From contig NW_003314270.1 in assembly GCF_000143415.4 (NCBI RefSeq), positions 915,035-979,034 on the forward strand: a stretch of 64,000 bases of DNA. The letters run 5' to 3'. How positions within the stretch are numbered: position 1 is the first letter of the stretch; every line of letters starts with the position of its first letter. Under the pieces are notes generated by a model. It saw only the letters and a program-made list of their open reading frames with translations. It was not told the DNA's origin and did not search any database. The translations under genes were made by a program, and so were the position numbers. This stretch comes from Selaginella moellendorffii (taxonomy: Eukaryota; Plantae; Lycopodiophyta). Below, piece after piece: positions 50,136-63,993 of the stretch.

Positions 50136-53100
50136 TTAGATCCATGGTGTCCATCCCTCGTACATATTACAAAGGTTGTCAATGCTCATCGCCTGTCGAA
50201 GGAGATGGTCCACCTGATCGGCAATGCTCAGCTGCCTGTTTGGAAAACAGCCAAAACTTAACTATCTTAGCTCACGCAAGAGAGCCTTACCCGGTCTCAT
50301 CTATGTCACGTCCTTCAAGCTTAGTTCGGACGCGTTTCAAAACGTTTACAGCAGTCCCTGCAAACAGAAGCTAATCAATTTCTAGCTTGTGCACAAACCA
50401 CAAAAACATACCTCTCACTACTCGCGACTGATGATCCACATTTGCAGACAAAGCGTTGCTAGAGTTTCCTTTCAAGGTGTGCTGCTTCTGGTCGTTTCCG
50501 GGCCTTGCAGCTTCTCCACTGTGTAACTTGTCACACTCAGAGGACAAAGAATGCTGTGACACTCCAGCCTTCGCCCGTGTCTGGCCTTCAATCGCCTCAG
50601 CTGCCAATGCTTTAATCACAGAGACGTTCTCAGCCTGGCTTCTTTGCTGCACCTCATGGTCCTGTGTTGATGTCGACTCTTGAACACTGTAGTCCGAGTC
50701 CCCGGACTGTGTACCCGGCGGGGATATCCACGAGTCATCGTCCTCCAGCACATCCTTTTCAACGAGCGGATTCGCCACAGGTTGAAGGTTGCTTTGTTGA
50801 GACGGGAAAACATCCTCAGTGGAAACCGATACCGGTGGACTTTCGTCCATACCTTCAAAGGCCTACACAAGAAAAAAGGTGCTCATTAGAGAAAGACACG
50901 CATTAAGAAACGTTTGGACTTGCCTTGTTAAGAGTACCGGCGTCTACACTTGCAGTACGCCCCAAGCTAGTAAGAGCCGAGTGCAGCTTTTGTGCGGCAT
51001 CGAGAACGCTGGAGACGTGCAGAGGCAAATCTGCGAGAGACTCCTTGATCTTTAAATCCAAAGATTGCAACGTAGGCGATTGCCCCGACTTGATGACCGC
51101 CTTGACATCCAGGTCGGCGCTCATGGCGTTTGCTGTTGATGAAAGCAACAACTCCAAAGGTGCCACAGCAGCATGCACCTGACACAAATAAATCAGCACA
51201 AAACCTGGCAAATATCACCCGATCCGACCACACCTTCTTAAGATCACTTATTAGGCTCTGCCTTTCTGTGATAGCTTCTTTCGCGAGGGAATGCACATCA
51301 CTCACTCCATCCGCTCCTTCCGTCAATGCCAGCACCTGGTTTTGAGAATGGTGAATTAACTAGCACCAATGAACCAACTTTTAAAAATACTTGCCTCATC
51401 AAGCATGACGGCACCTTCGGAGGTAAGAGCTGAATGACTTCGCACAACCTTGCAAAATGCATTCACAGCCCCGGCAGCTTCAAGAGTGAGTTGTCTTAGT
51501 TGTAAGAATATCGATTGTAGTTCAGCTGCACAGTGATCTGAGAGAGACAAACTATGAAGCAGATACTAACCTCCACTCGACTCGGATTCGCTAGATACAA
51601 GTTGGCGCTCTCTTAGTACACCAGATAGATTGGCACTCGCGGCTTCCAACGCTTTTTGAGCGGCTTTCCATTCCATGTCACAACCTGTATAAACAACCGC
51701 TCCAAGTAATAAGAATTCAGGATAATACTGATGAACTTACTAGTAAACGCAATGTAGGCAGCCTCCAGCCGCAAGATCAAGCTCTGGTAAGACTGCTGCC
51801 AGGATTTCCCGTCGCTAGATGAGCTACTCGAGCTTGACTCCAGGTAGCCTTCGCGAGAAGCTTCAAACTCCAAAACTGTAACACAAAGTCTCACGGTACT
51901 CGTGGCGTGCTCTTGACCAGTCCAGAGAAGTTGCTGCCTTCTTTGAAGACGTTCACGGAATTCCTGAGAAGTACCTGCACGATTAGAAGCCCATGCCATC
52001 GTCCTTTCTAGCTGCTCTTCAGCGGACACACTTGCCCGCTCCGCTTTCTGCAAGCCCTCAGTAGCTCTCGAGATAGCAGCTATCGAGTTTCGTATGTTGT
52101 CCAATATCTGCTTTCTACTCCACCACCGAATGCTCGTCGACTTCTCAGGATAAGGCCCAGATGGCATGGCAACGAACTGGACGCGAGGTAGCAAAACGGT
52201 CTCATGAAGCCACTCCATCTGAGCAATCTCGATCTGAGCATTTTGGAGGCTCTGTTTTGCTTCGTCCGCCTGTATCTTCAGAGCAAATGCTGCAGACTTT
52301 GCCGCTCGGACTGTTTCGTGGACATCACAGTATTCTCGAAGTAGCTTCACAGCTTTCTTTGCAGCCTCCCCCTCTCTAGAACTGTCGGAATTGTCAGCAA
52401 AACTCGAGATGGTAGCCTCCTTCAAAATAATGTCCAGAAAGGCTGGCGAGACGCGTTCTCTCAGATATAAGTCCAGCACGCCCTGAAGTTGAGCCTCTAG
52501 TCGCCTTTTGTGCTGGCTTATAACTTGATCCAAACTCAAGCTCAAATCGTTGGAAGCGTCACGAACGCATGAGTCCAGTAGAATGTCCATCACGTAGACC
52601 TTCCACACGAAGAAAGTCTTCTTTTGGAGGACGTTTGACGCTCTCCAAATGTATTCAAGCCCAGGAGACTCAACCTGCATTGTCTTCGCAACTGGAACTC
52701 TTCTCAGAGCGGCATCCAGCGACTCAAGCCCAGAGAACAGCTTCGCAAAAGCTGCCAAGAGAACCTTTCCCCTCATCAAGTGAAGATCATCCCTGTCCAG
52801 TGCTACTAGTGCCTCGAAACGTTGGTCTGCGGACGCTAAGGCTGATCGCACGAGTCCTTCCATTCTTAACACAGCTGAAGCCTGTGCACTGCGTTGAGAC
52901 CAAGCCTTTTGCAACGTCTCCAGTTGCTCTCGGCAGAGGTCTTCCTGACTTGCAAGCTCCTCAGCCTCTTCCCAGGAAAGATCATCCTTGCCACCAGCAG
53001 CTGCCTCTTCCAGGAATGTTTTCCGCTTCACAAGCTCTTCCAGCCTGTCAGGATAAGTTCTCTCGAGTTCTAACAAAGCCGACTTCTGCATCTCTATCTC

Positions 53101-56100
53101 CGCCACCTTCTCAAGAGTTGTGTCAATAGCTCCTCGTATCTGGGATAAAGATGCGAACGCGTCCATGACGGCTGGATCCTGTGAAAGAGCAGCCTTGACA
53201 GCCTCTGGAAGCACCACGCCTATCATCTGCTTCACGAGGTGATCAATACCAGCAAGACAGTCTGTAAATCCCTTCAACTCTGCAGTAAAACTCGAGTTTG
53301 AGTCCCACGGATTCGCACGATATCCAGTAGCCTTCCCACTGAACTGTTGAAGCTCGTTCAATACGTCCGAGACGAGGACAGCCCTCTCAACTAGTCCCTC
53401 GAGCTCTGGAAAGCACCACCTTCGTATGGACTCCTCCATTCCAACACCTTGAAGATTAGCCGCATGATTCCCAATCTCACTGTAAATAGTTGATGCAGCA
53501 GACTGAAGAACCAAAATAACTTTGAGCCGCCTTTCCTCGAAATCGTATAAACCCGCGTCATCCTCATCTTTCTTTCCCTGCTGGAGGCTACGAAGAAAAA
53601 TCCCCATGAGTTTGTCCTTGGCTCTTTTCTCCGCATCCGGATCCACTGATTCTTCAAGTTGTAGACGTCCCTGCTCTAGCTTCTGGACTTCTTCGCCGAG
53701 AAGCTCAACGTGTGACCTCAGTTTCTCGTGTTTCTGGCAGATAACATCGTCGTGATCTCCACGTCCTCCCGCAGTAATGTCTATTGCTTGCCGTTTGGTC
53801 ACGCCCAGCACCTCCGGAGTGACTTGCATGCTTAGCAACTGGAGTATCTTCGCCCAGCTATGTACGTAGCTCGTTGTATAATAGTTCCCTGGCAGAAGCC
53901 TCTGCAACGCTACAGCATAGGCTTGCAGAGTTGCTCGGGCATGCAGCAAAGCTTCGTGCCGCGCTGATGTGAACTGCGAAATGTCCCTGTCAACCTCTCT
54001 GAAGTGGACTTGTGTCGGCTCGGGTAGGACTGTCAAAGCTACTCCGGACGCAACTATTGCTTGTAGCAAGGAAACAGCCTCTGTCGAATGAGTCCGTTGT
54101 CCCAGTGCCTGGAGTTCTGGAGCTGTGTCCGTTCGGAGAGAATCGAGAACTCTGCTGCGCTGCTCAATCCACTGTGTGGTTTCTCTAGCTGCCTCTGCAG
54201 TACGTGCTTTGGACTGGGCGAACTCGCGAGCCTGTATCTCGTATGTCACGTGTGTCTTCTCTAGAGAACCAGAGGCTTCAGCTAAAAGGTTCCTAGCAGC
54301 GACCTCCGCGTTCTCAGCAGCATATTTTTTCTGGTTTATATGGTAGGCAAGAGTCGAGCATCTTTCAAAGTTTTCGTATCCAGCCGCCCAGCTCTGCACA
54401 TAAGATTGGGGAAGCGATTCAAATTAGTAAAATATATAAATAAAACTTACCTGAAGAGTAGAGGGGATTGTGGGGAGTGTCCGCAGTAGCTGATCATGGT
54501 GTTCCTACAATGCATCTTGTTTCAGTAAAATCCTTTCATGAAAGAAAATGTGAACTCTTACCTGAAGTGCAACACGATTCTCCTGAACGTGCGAAGCAAA
54601 TAAGCTGAGGCTCACAGCAAGTTCCATGCCTTTACGTTCTTCACCTCCAATCGTGGCCTCATCGTGACCATCTCCCCTCATCCATTCCACCAAAGGATCC
54701 CATACAAATGCCTCCAGCAGCATAAGTATCACTTCTTTGTTCTTCTGTAGAACGCTCAGAACAGCTTCGCAGCTAGCTCGAAAGAAGCCTTCCACACCAG
54801 TAGGCCCAAGCGCATTCTGGATAGTCTGTGTCAGTCGAAATGGAACGATCTCGGGAACTTTCAGCCTCCGACCCTTTTCAAAACAGATATTGTAGTCGAT
54901 ATGCACCACGTCTCCGGAGCTAAAATCAATTAGGATGTTGTCTAGGTGACGATCGCCTAAGCCAAGAACGTGTCCAATCACACTCATAACCGCAACGCTG
55001 CCGGAGAATCTAACAAAAAAGTCACAAGTTAGTCCATTATCAAATGATTCGAGCATCACAGACCTCTTAATTTTTTTGTTCAATCCTTTTAATCCATCGC
55101 TTGCGCACCAAAGCTCTCGGTATAGTAGCTGCCTCGGTGTCTCTTTCATAAGATCCAGCAAGACTTTCCTTTTGACATCCTGTGGCCAGTCTCTCCGGGA
55201 TATGACTTTTCGCAGTCCCTTCTCTTTCAAAGCTGGAATGATCTTCCCGTAGAACATGTCGCTGGGGCGTGGCAGAGGTGGAGGAGCACCTGAGACAGCA
55301 TTCGATGAGAGCTGTGCTGCCTGTTGCCGAAGCTGCCAAGCCTTGTAAACCGAGTACAGGCTCGTCACATTGTCAACCCACTGAATTAAGCCGGCACGAC
55401 CACTTATCGGCGTCACGGAGTAGCACTTCACAGCCAAGCCTTCACGTCTCGTAGCACTAGACGCCCGTAGCATCTTGTTTGAAGCGCGAAGTAGCTGCAT
55501 GATCCTCGCATCCAGCCTAAGGTCCTCCCTTCCTTTGAGCAGATAGTTGTAAACTTGACCATCTGATCCCGTCACAGAGACCTTCTTTGGCTTTGTTTTC
55601 GTTGCCAGGATAGTAATCTGGTCGTTGAAGTTTGCCACCGTTACTAAGTCCGCATCTGGGAACTCAAGGCCTGGCATTGGCGCATCTGAGTGCGTCAAGG
55701 CAGCGAGGCGTGGAGATACGTCTTGCAAAACCACGGCCGACCTTTTGTGATGATTTGATAAGGATGCTGCGATGGCGTCAAATGGCTTCCAGACGTCATT
55801 TAGAGTAATGTTTCCACCCGGAGGCGTCTTAAACGTTGTGATTGCAGCTCTGAGTTGGCCACCAAAGTGTTCTTGGAACCAGACTTCATGTGGCGTTTCT
55901 GCTGGTCTCGATGTAAGAGTGAGTCGTCGCTCCAATGCATACGATACTGGAGCCATGATTGCTGCATACTTTGCTGCGTTTATCTTTGTCTTCTCGTCGG
56001 GGCTAAGAGTCTGATTTTCAGCTATTCTTGCAGCCTCTTCTTTCAAAGTGATGATTCGACGAGTCACATCTAAAAAAAATACACAAGCCATTTTAAAGGG

Positions 56101-59100
56101 AAATCATTTAATCGTGTAGCAAATATTTTACCTGCATGAAGATCCTGAAGCGTAGTCAGCCATTGCTCCTCCCAAAGAAACGTTATTGATCCGAGCTCAG
56201 CTATCATCAACCGCACGTCATTCACTACTTTCGGATGCAACTTTGACTGTAAAAGAAATTAAACAAGTTAGAAATGGCAACAACTGTAAAAATCTTACCA
56301 GAGAGTTCAAGATGCGTTCCAACTCCTCGGACGATTGGCCCTCTGAGGCATTAAAATGTACAAGTGTCGGATAAACTATAGCCCACGGATACACGTTCGC
56401 AAGGCTCATTAGCAGTCCCTCGAGCTGCTTCCTCACTTTAGCCTCTGGATGACTGCTTACGCATGCAAAAAGTTGAGGCGTGATTTCCTACAATGCAGCA
56501 AACAAGAAAGAAAAGGAAAAAAAATATAAGAAGAACCAAAAAACGAAGAGAAAAAAGTCCTACCTTCCATGGAGATGGCGGTATAGAGGACAGTCCCTGC
56601 TGAAGTATATCTTCAAGCTCCACTCCACAAGTCTGAAGGATATTTAGCACAAACAACGAAGCGCTCAGCGTCGAGTCTTGTTTCAGCGGGTTGGATCTCA
56701 CGGTGGTTCGATTCGACAAGCTCATGTACTTCAGAAACCCGTGAGCAGCGTACCCAAACAGGGATATTCTTCTCTTTCGAACACCCCACCAAACTTGTAG
56801 GAGCTCATTTATAAGGCCCGGGACGCTGCTCGGCTTGAGAACCTGTAGTTCCTGGCGCAGCTGCAAACTGAGAGACTCTCCATCCCATTTTTCAAAGCCT
56901 GCTTCCCTTGCTGCCGCTTCCAGCAAAAATACTACCCGCTTCACCAGCATTTCCAAGATGGCGTCCTCTAGTTCACTACCAAGAGATTTTATCATCGCCT
57001 GAATTTTCATCATTTCCTCGTCTGTTAAGGAAGGTGAACTTGAAATCAGCTCTTTCTCCAGTACTTGCGGAAAGATGCTAGCCTTTGACAGCGTCTCATT
57101 GCCGAAAAAACCGCACCTTGCGAGTGAGTAGCACCAGGAAGCATAAGAAAACCAGGCCTTTCCAAAAGACGGACAATGGAGCGTTGCCGCTTTCACTGCT
57201 GCGCCAGCGACTTCCTCCAAAATCATGCCACCAGATCCACTGGTCAGGTCCATCTCCGACAGCAACCCGGCAAAATCATTCTCCGTTCGCCTCTTTTGTA
57301 GCCAGGAACCAAGTTTTAAGCACGACGTTGCAGCCATAACATCACCTTCGAATGGAAGTGCCCGTTCGCTTTCGGCAATGAAGTTCTTAACCAGCGGCCA
57401 CAGCTCCGTCATGGCTTTTGCATGCTGGCCCTCGGAAAAGTGAAGCAAGGAGTTCTCGTAAGCCGCTACCTTTGAATCCCAGTTCTCGCCATCCATTTCT
57501 TTCAGCATCCTCCGAGCAAGTCGGAAGTTGCCATGCTTTCTCGCCAATCGGATTAACTGCCGTCGCAACGTCGAAGTGACGCCCGCGTGAGGAAAGACCG
57601 TCTTGTAAACACGTAACACCTTCAACCATAAGTGGCAGTCTTGGTACACTTCGTCCGCAGGATGGTTGAAATACTTCAGCGAGATATCCTGTATCCCTTC
57701 CTGGCGTTCAGACGGCCCCTTCCAAGACTCCACGACTTCAATGCAGTGAAGCTGTGTCAAATACGGAGCAGCGTCACTGAGGTCGTCGAGCGAAGATACC
57801 AGCAACGGTCCGTCCAGCATAGCTCTAGCAAGCTTCACCTCCCGAGCGGCATCTTCTACTTCACTATCCTTCCTCAGCATGGCCTGTAACAGCATCTGCT
57901 CGCTTCTCTGGAGTGCCTGACGAGGATCGATAGTAATCTCGTTGTTGCTCTGAGGTGTCAAGTCCAAATATCCCCAAGTCCCTTCCATGTCAGAAGCGTC
58001 GAAACGGGACAGTGCGTGTATCGAGTTCATGTCGATACCGGCAGTCGTCAGGGCTCCCGTGTACGACTTTCCTGCATGCTTTGCACGCAAAACCTGCAGC
58101 TCCTGGAGCCAGCCTTCTAGAGCTTCCCAGTCCGAGAGCGAGACGTAGCTTTCCACAATCCTGCCGATGATAAACTGCACTCCGTCCGCGCCTAGAACAG
58201 ATAAAGTTTCTTCGGACTGGAAGAGCTGCGAGTAATGTGCTGCAGCTCTCTCAAACTCTCCTCTCGCCTCAAAAGCCAATCCGTTCATCCACCCGACCGG
58301 CCCCAGCGGAGAGCTAACTTTGTGAACGTCCTCAAGGATCAACCCAGCGAACGCCGTCACTGCCCACGCTTGAAGTCCAAGTATGGAGTCGCTCTCGTGC
58401 AGCTTGCATAGTGCTAGAGATCCATGACGAAGCACACGGAAAACGTCCTGTTGGAGCTTCACCTTCAAGCTCAGGCCGCCGTCAGCAGCTTGACTACGCG
58501 GCAAGTCCCGCAGCGCAGCTAGTGCCATCGGCCTCAAGTCATGCAGCCGAAAGAGAGCGTGCTGGGCCGTCCCAAAGTGACACTGTATCACGCTGCTAGC
58601 GTTCACCAAGGCTTCCCGGATTCTGGCAAACCATTCCTCGCAAACCTTCTTGTTGGCACGGAAGAAGAGGCCGCTGGAGAAGGACGGGGCCTCCAAAACT
58701 AGTGAGCCTTCGTAGGCGTTATAGATGTTCCTCTGTAAGCTATCAACCAGCTCCAAAAGGAGTCTCATTGGTAGCAGCTCTGACGTGTTGGCTGCTGACG
58801 ATTCCGACTGTACAAGCTGGGGAAGATCCAGCAGCATTCGCTCGAGAGCTGCGAATGTCTGCGTTGGTCCTCCAAGGTGAGTACGAAACCTCACAGTGAT
58901 GCAGTGACGAGCTAGCTCCTGGATAATGAACCAAGCAGCAGCCATGTTGCTACTACAGCACCAGCTCTCCACCAGATCAAAACGGGCAGCGTCCTCCACA
59001 ACACTAAAATCTTCCTTTCTATCCAGTCCATCACCCTGCTTCTTGTCGTCGGCACTTTTGGTCTTCAAGCAGTTGAAAACCAGACGCTGCTGCCACCCCG

Positions 59101-60324
59101 CTGGCAAGCTCTGTGGACGCTGAGATATATAATTCAGGATGCAAACCACCTGTGGCGGGCTCAATTGTAGCGCGAAACGGTTCGCTGATAGAACCGATCT
59201 CCAGTGTTTTTCACGTTCAAGCGGCCTCTTAGTAACGAAGTTCCCCTCTTCCTTCGCATCTAAATCCGAGTTCCATCCGTGCACCCACAGCGCACCCAAG
59301 GCGCACGTCGCGAGGACTTCGCGAAACGCAGCTTGGATGCCCGGGTCGGGATCCCCAAGCTGCTCGAACGCCGCACTCGCCACGGAGTAAAGCTGAGAAG
59401 AGCTCAAGCACTTGTGGCGAAGAAGAGCACCGAAAGTCTTAGAAGCTTGCAGCCTCACTGTGTGCTCCTCGTCGGAAGCAGCAGCCACTAAAGCCACGAA
59501 CAAGCTGCTGCTGAGAAGAGTCATACCTTCCAGCTTCCTAAACCACTTTGGAAACTCGCCGACCCATTCCAGCACCTCTATCCTCACGGTTAAGCTCGCC
59601 ACCCCTTTCTCCAAGCCACGAGCCATAGCCACACTGCATTTCCCGAAGAACTCCATGGCTCCCTCGGCATCAACCTCCCAAGGAACTATCCAGGAGAAAA
59701 CTCTCCGCAAGGCCTGGACCACCGCTAACTGGAGCTCCGAGTGCCAGCGAACGGGAGCTTCAAAAGGATCAGACTTCTCGAGAACGAAGTTGATGATGCT
59801 TTTCACCTTCTGGACCTGTGACTCCGCGGCATTTGCTCTCACGCTCATCAGCAGGAGCAAGAGATCAAACTTGAGAAGGGAAACCACCTCGGCTTCCACA
59901 AGCCCCATCGCCCCCTTCTTCCCCGCCAAGCTCCTGCTCAAAGTTTCTATCTCCCTTTTCAGGCACAGCGCCGACTCCACAGCGACCTTCTCGCACCCGT
60001 GCTGGAGGAAATACACATAGGTCGCCGCCACGGAGCTTGTGATCGCCTGACAGGGGTGGAGGCGAAGATTCGAGAACGGCGATCCTGTCTCCAGCAGCCG
60101 CAATGCAGCCGAGGGATGCAATGCCAGCCCCTGCGCCGCGAGCATCTGGAGATTCATCTTGAGCAGCGTGCATACCTGGACCGATGGGAGGAGCGGCGGC
60201 GGCGGCAGAGCAGCAGCAGTCACCGCCGCACCGCCGCCGCCGCCGTGATCATCGAATGTGTGCGCGGCCCTCACCTGCGAGGCGAGCGTCTGGAGCAGCA
60301 TCTCCGCCATTTCCCATACAAGCC
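50136..60324 (-). CDS. SMG1: SMG1 PIKK-family kinase of nonsense-mediated decay; 5' end probably incomplete in this window
   Basis: RTHLGGPTQTFAALER and FFRANKKVCEEWF. Kinase TKTKPKK, YLLKGREDLRLDARIMQLL and GLGDRHLDNIL..HIDYNICFEKG. A long post-kinase insertion, then FATC ..IDNLCNMYEGWTPWI* (TAA at 50136-50138). The largest exon has an acceptor-like TTAG just upstream of 60324 and an ATG at 60310. Confidence 0.95.
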
Positions 60325-60344
60325 CTAACTAAACCCTAGTAACA

Positions 60345-63300
60345 GAGCACAATTATAAAGATATGATTTTTTGGACATGCCGACGATTATGATGATGCCT
60401 TTTAACAATTACATCGTTTTTGCCAAGGGCCATCTGAGTTGGTGATGAAATTTGGCATTCATTTCTGAAGTCTTTTGTTTCGTGCGAAGCCAAATATATC
60501 GGAGTGGATCAAGCTAGGAATGTTGTGGCCAGCACTTCGTCAAGATCTTGTTAGACTTGTGCATGCATTTGCTCCCGCCACCTTTAACGATGCTCTTCGC
60601 TTGGCACAACGTTATGAAATGTTGCCTCTTCCACTTCTCATTGCATGTCCTTCAGCTCCACTTCCTGTGGGTGATGGTCTTGTTCTAATGGAGGTTGATG
60701 CTCCTGCTGCTTGAGTCCAAGGCCAAGGGCGAGGACGTGGTCGTGGCCGTGATGTTTGCTGCTGGGGATGTGATGAAGTTGGTTATACTTATCGGTGTTA
60801 TCAGTGTTTTCCGGATTGGCAACCTCCATTTCTTGGGTGGAGACCTTGGTGTTAGCAATGTCCCGTTGGTGCTGCTATAGTGGAAGGTTTGAACACTGAG
60901 ATGCATCCGGGAAACGAGGAGTTGCGCAAATAACGGAGGGACCTTGCGCAAATAAATCAGTGACCCCTCCATCTTTCTTTTGGGAATATTATCAAGGGGT
61001 TCACTATGAGATACAAAATCCCTTGGCCCCAAAGTGGACTGGAAAGGGTGCCACATAGTAGTGGCCGAAGCGAAAGCCAAACGAGTGTAACACATTTGGA
61101 CTAAAAGCTCCGACTTGGAAGGTCGAGAGCGAGAGTGGAACTCCCAACAAAGTGCTCGAAGAACAAGCACGAAGCGAGCAATAAGTGAGACTCCAAAAAG
61201 GGACGCAAAAGGACCAACACATGACATGTGGAAGTGTCTAAGATAGAGTCCGAGATGGACCCGAGTTGGAGTCCGAGATGGAGTCCGAGGTGGAGTCCGA
61301 GATGGAGTCCGAGGTGGAGTCCAAGGTGGAGTCCGAGATGGAGTCCGAGATGGACTGAGACGGAGTCCAAGATGGAGTCCGAGGTGGAGTCCGAGGTGGA
61401 GTCCGAGATGGAGTCCGAGATGGAGTCCGAAGTGGAGTCCGAGATGGAGTCCGAAGTGGAGTCCGAGATGGAGTCCGAGATGGACCGAGACGGAGTCCGA
61501 GATGGAGTCCGAGATGGAGTTCGAGACAGAGTCCAAGACGGAGTCCGAGATGGACCGAGATGGAGTCCGAGAAGGACCCGAGATGGAGTCCGAGGTCGAG
61601 ACTGAGACCGGGACCGAGACCGAGACCGAGACCGGGACCAAGACCGAGACTGAGGCGGAGGCCAAGACCGAGCCTGAGTCTGAGTCCGAGTCCGAGTCCG
61701 AGTCCGAGTCTGAGTCCGAGTTCGAGTCTGAGAGGGTGAAAGCCCAAAGCGTTTGTCTCCCAGACCCTAGGGGGTTTGGTGAGCTCCAAAAGTATAATAA
61801 GGGGGAGGACTGCAGTGGAGCTAGTTTGGCCAGGAAAGGCCAGTTTGGCCCAGGAAGGCCAGACCCAGTGTTGGGTGATGAACTGACCACTGGGAAGTCC
61901 AAGACTAGAGTGAATACGGACCGACAAGCGGGGTAGCTTGGTGAAGTGTTCAAGAGCCGGCTCTAGTTCCCCCGGGAGATCGACTGGCCGATGCTCCCAG
62001 TCCAAGTGTGGGTGGCACTACCTACTTGGATACTAGGCATGGCTCAACAGAACCTCACTCTAAGCCCATGGCTAGAGCACCCAAAGGCAGAAGGCGGGGA
62101 GAGTACCCAGGTGGCTCACGTAAGGCCACGGTGTTCCGAAGTGTTGTCCTTAAGTCCCAGACTATGGAAAGGAAAGGAGCAGTCCTTTAGTGTGGTGGCC
62201 AAGGATACGGTCATGTGGTGAGGAAGTCCCAGAGGACCATAGGACTTAGTGGTCAGGCCTGTGGGCCTCGATCCAATGGCAGTGTTGCCAAACACGGCCA
62301 AGGGCAAAAAGGGACCTAGTGGGGACTGACAGAGGGATATTCAGGAAGGCTATTGCCCTTGTCGGTAGGCATCCTAAGGATGCTAAGGAGTGGATCTGGG
62401 ATGACCACTCACGGATGGTTGGCCCAATCTTGGAGAGACAGGATTGTGATGCAAGTGGTATTGGACCACTAGTGCAGCAAAGGTGAATGGGCATGGCCTT
62501 AGCATAACGGGCCGATATGTCAGTGGTACCTTTGGGTGTCGGTCTTGAGACCAGACACGTGGAGCACTTGGACTAAGTGCAAGGGATGAGTGGCATAGAT
62601 GCCATCCTCGGGACTAGCAAGTCCCAAGTCCTGAATTGGACTTCAGGAGGTTGTGAATGAGACTCCTCTAAGTGGTCAAAGGTGTGGTTAAGTGACTAAA
62701 GTAGAATGGAAAAATTAGTCACTTACATTCACTTGGCACCAGTTTATCCAGTGTTTACTTTCCAAACTCGTCTTTATAACAAGAAGTCTTCTATTATTCT
62801 CTCCATGTTGGTTGATATAAGTTTGAGTTTATCTTCTATTGCTCGACTTGTTGCCACACGTTGTCGTCTACACTTGTGTCGTGCAATAGAACCAATTTTC
62901 ATTCTTTATGGCAACGGCCGTACATATGCATGTGCACGGGATGAGGCAGACCTGGTTGTGCATGTGGGCGATCTTGAGCTTGAGTTGTAGTCGTTGCGGG
63001 TGGTGCCGAGTCAAGCTTTTAACCTCATTCTTGGTATGGATTAGTTGCAGCGCAATCATGCCAATTGTGACTTTGAGGCTTCTCCCCTTTATCTCATACT
63101 TCCTTATGTTTCATCCATTCCTCTCACTTCTGTACCTCTTCGTCCCTCTACTTCTACCTCTACTTCCATTACTTTTATTCCCCCACTATTTCCTCTTGTG
63201 TTTCCATCTTGTTTTGCTCTTCCCTTTTTTGATCCCTCCGATGATCTTTGTGTTGCAGCAATTGACCGGCTTATGAAGGAGTATTCTGATCTCTTTGACT

Positions 63301-63690
63301 TTGACCTATCGTTTGGAGCCAAGATTGCCACACGTCATCCGATTTCAACTGGGGATGTTTGTCCAATCAAGGTTCCTATTCGTCGTCGGTCACTAAAGGA
63401 GATCAAGATTTTACATGCAAATGTCAAGGAGATGTTGGAAAAGGGTGTTATTCGGAAGTCGCGGAGTCCTTGGGCATGTGAACCTCATCTTGTGACGAAA
63501 CCTGATAGAAGTATTCATTTCTGCATCGATTTTCGTCCGTTAAACGACGTAACGATTCTGGATGTGTACCCTCTTCCTCACATTGCTGATCTCTTAGATC
63601 GTTTGGGGTGAAGTCATTGATTCACCAAGCTAGATCTTGCTTCTGGGTACTGGCAAGTACCGATGGCTGAAGAAGATATTTCTAAGACTG
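60345..63690 (+). mobile_element. Degenerate Ty3/gypsy gag-protease-RT, interrupted by a nested insert at about 60890-62700
   Basis: gag-like PATFNDALRLAQRYE, a zinc-knuckle relic CWGCDEVGY..RC, protease-like MLVDISLS...ILGMD*L, and RT MLEKGVIRKSRSPWA..FCIDFRPLNDVT..DVYPLPHIADLLDRLG*..FTKLDLASGYWQV. Confidence 0.9.
61245..61730. repeat. 12-bp tandem array (GGAGTCCGAGAT/GGAGTCCGAGGT) grading into 6-bp GAGACC/GAGTCC repeats
   Basis: Directly visible. It produces long low-complexity ORFs on both strands. Confidence 0.97.
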
Positions 63691-63920
63691 TTAATATTAG
63701 TGTAGTGGGATTTTGGTAGCCGTCAGATTGGTTTCAATCCGGACCACTCGCTCCTGTATATAAGCTAGGGTTTTTGGGCTAATTGATATGCATATTTTTG
63801 TATTCCCTTTCCATATTCCATGCACTCACAATATCATTTATATTTTTTCTAGAACAACATAAAGATAATTTAAACTTATTGTTATATCTAAATTAATATA
63901 AGAATTATTATTTATAATTA

Positions 63921-63993
63921 TAATGTTAGGATCCTATCCTTTACACCCTAAGCCAACTGGCTAAAGGGTGTAAAGGATAGGATTCTAACATTA
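63921..63993. repeat. Near-perfect 73-nt palindrome/hairpin
   Basis: taatgttaggatcctatcctttacaccct pairs with agggtgtaaaggataggattctaacatta (one mismatch), and the inner agcca pairs with tggct. Confidence 0.93.

Noticed and set aside
25637-60324. NOT1 and SMG1 as an mRNA-decay gene cluster
   Set aside because: They are separated by many unrelated genes. Co-location is plausible by chance in a gene-dense genome without synteny evidence.
61245-61730. CRISPR-like appearance of the repeat array
   Set aside because: No unique spacers and no cas genes, in a eukaryotic context.
60685-62005. 422-aa and 255-aa ORFs with LGLH/SD repeats, and an SPRW-repeat ORF
   Set aside because: Open only because the tandem unit lacks stops. 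No evidence of protein coding.
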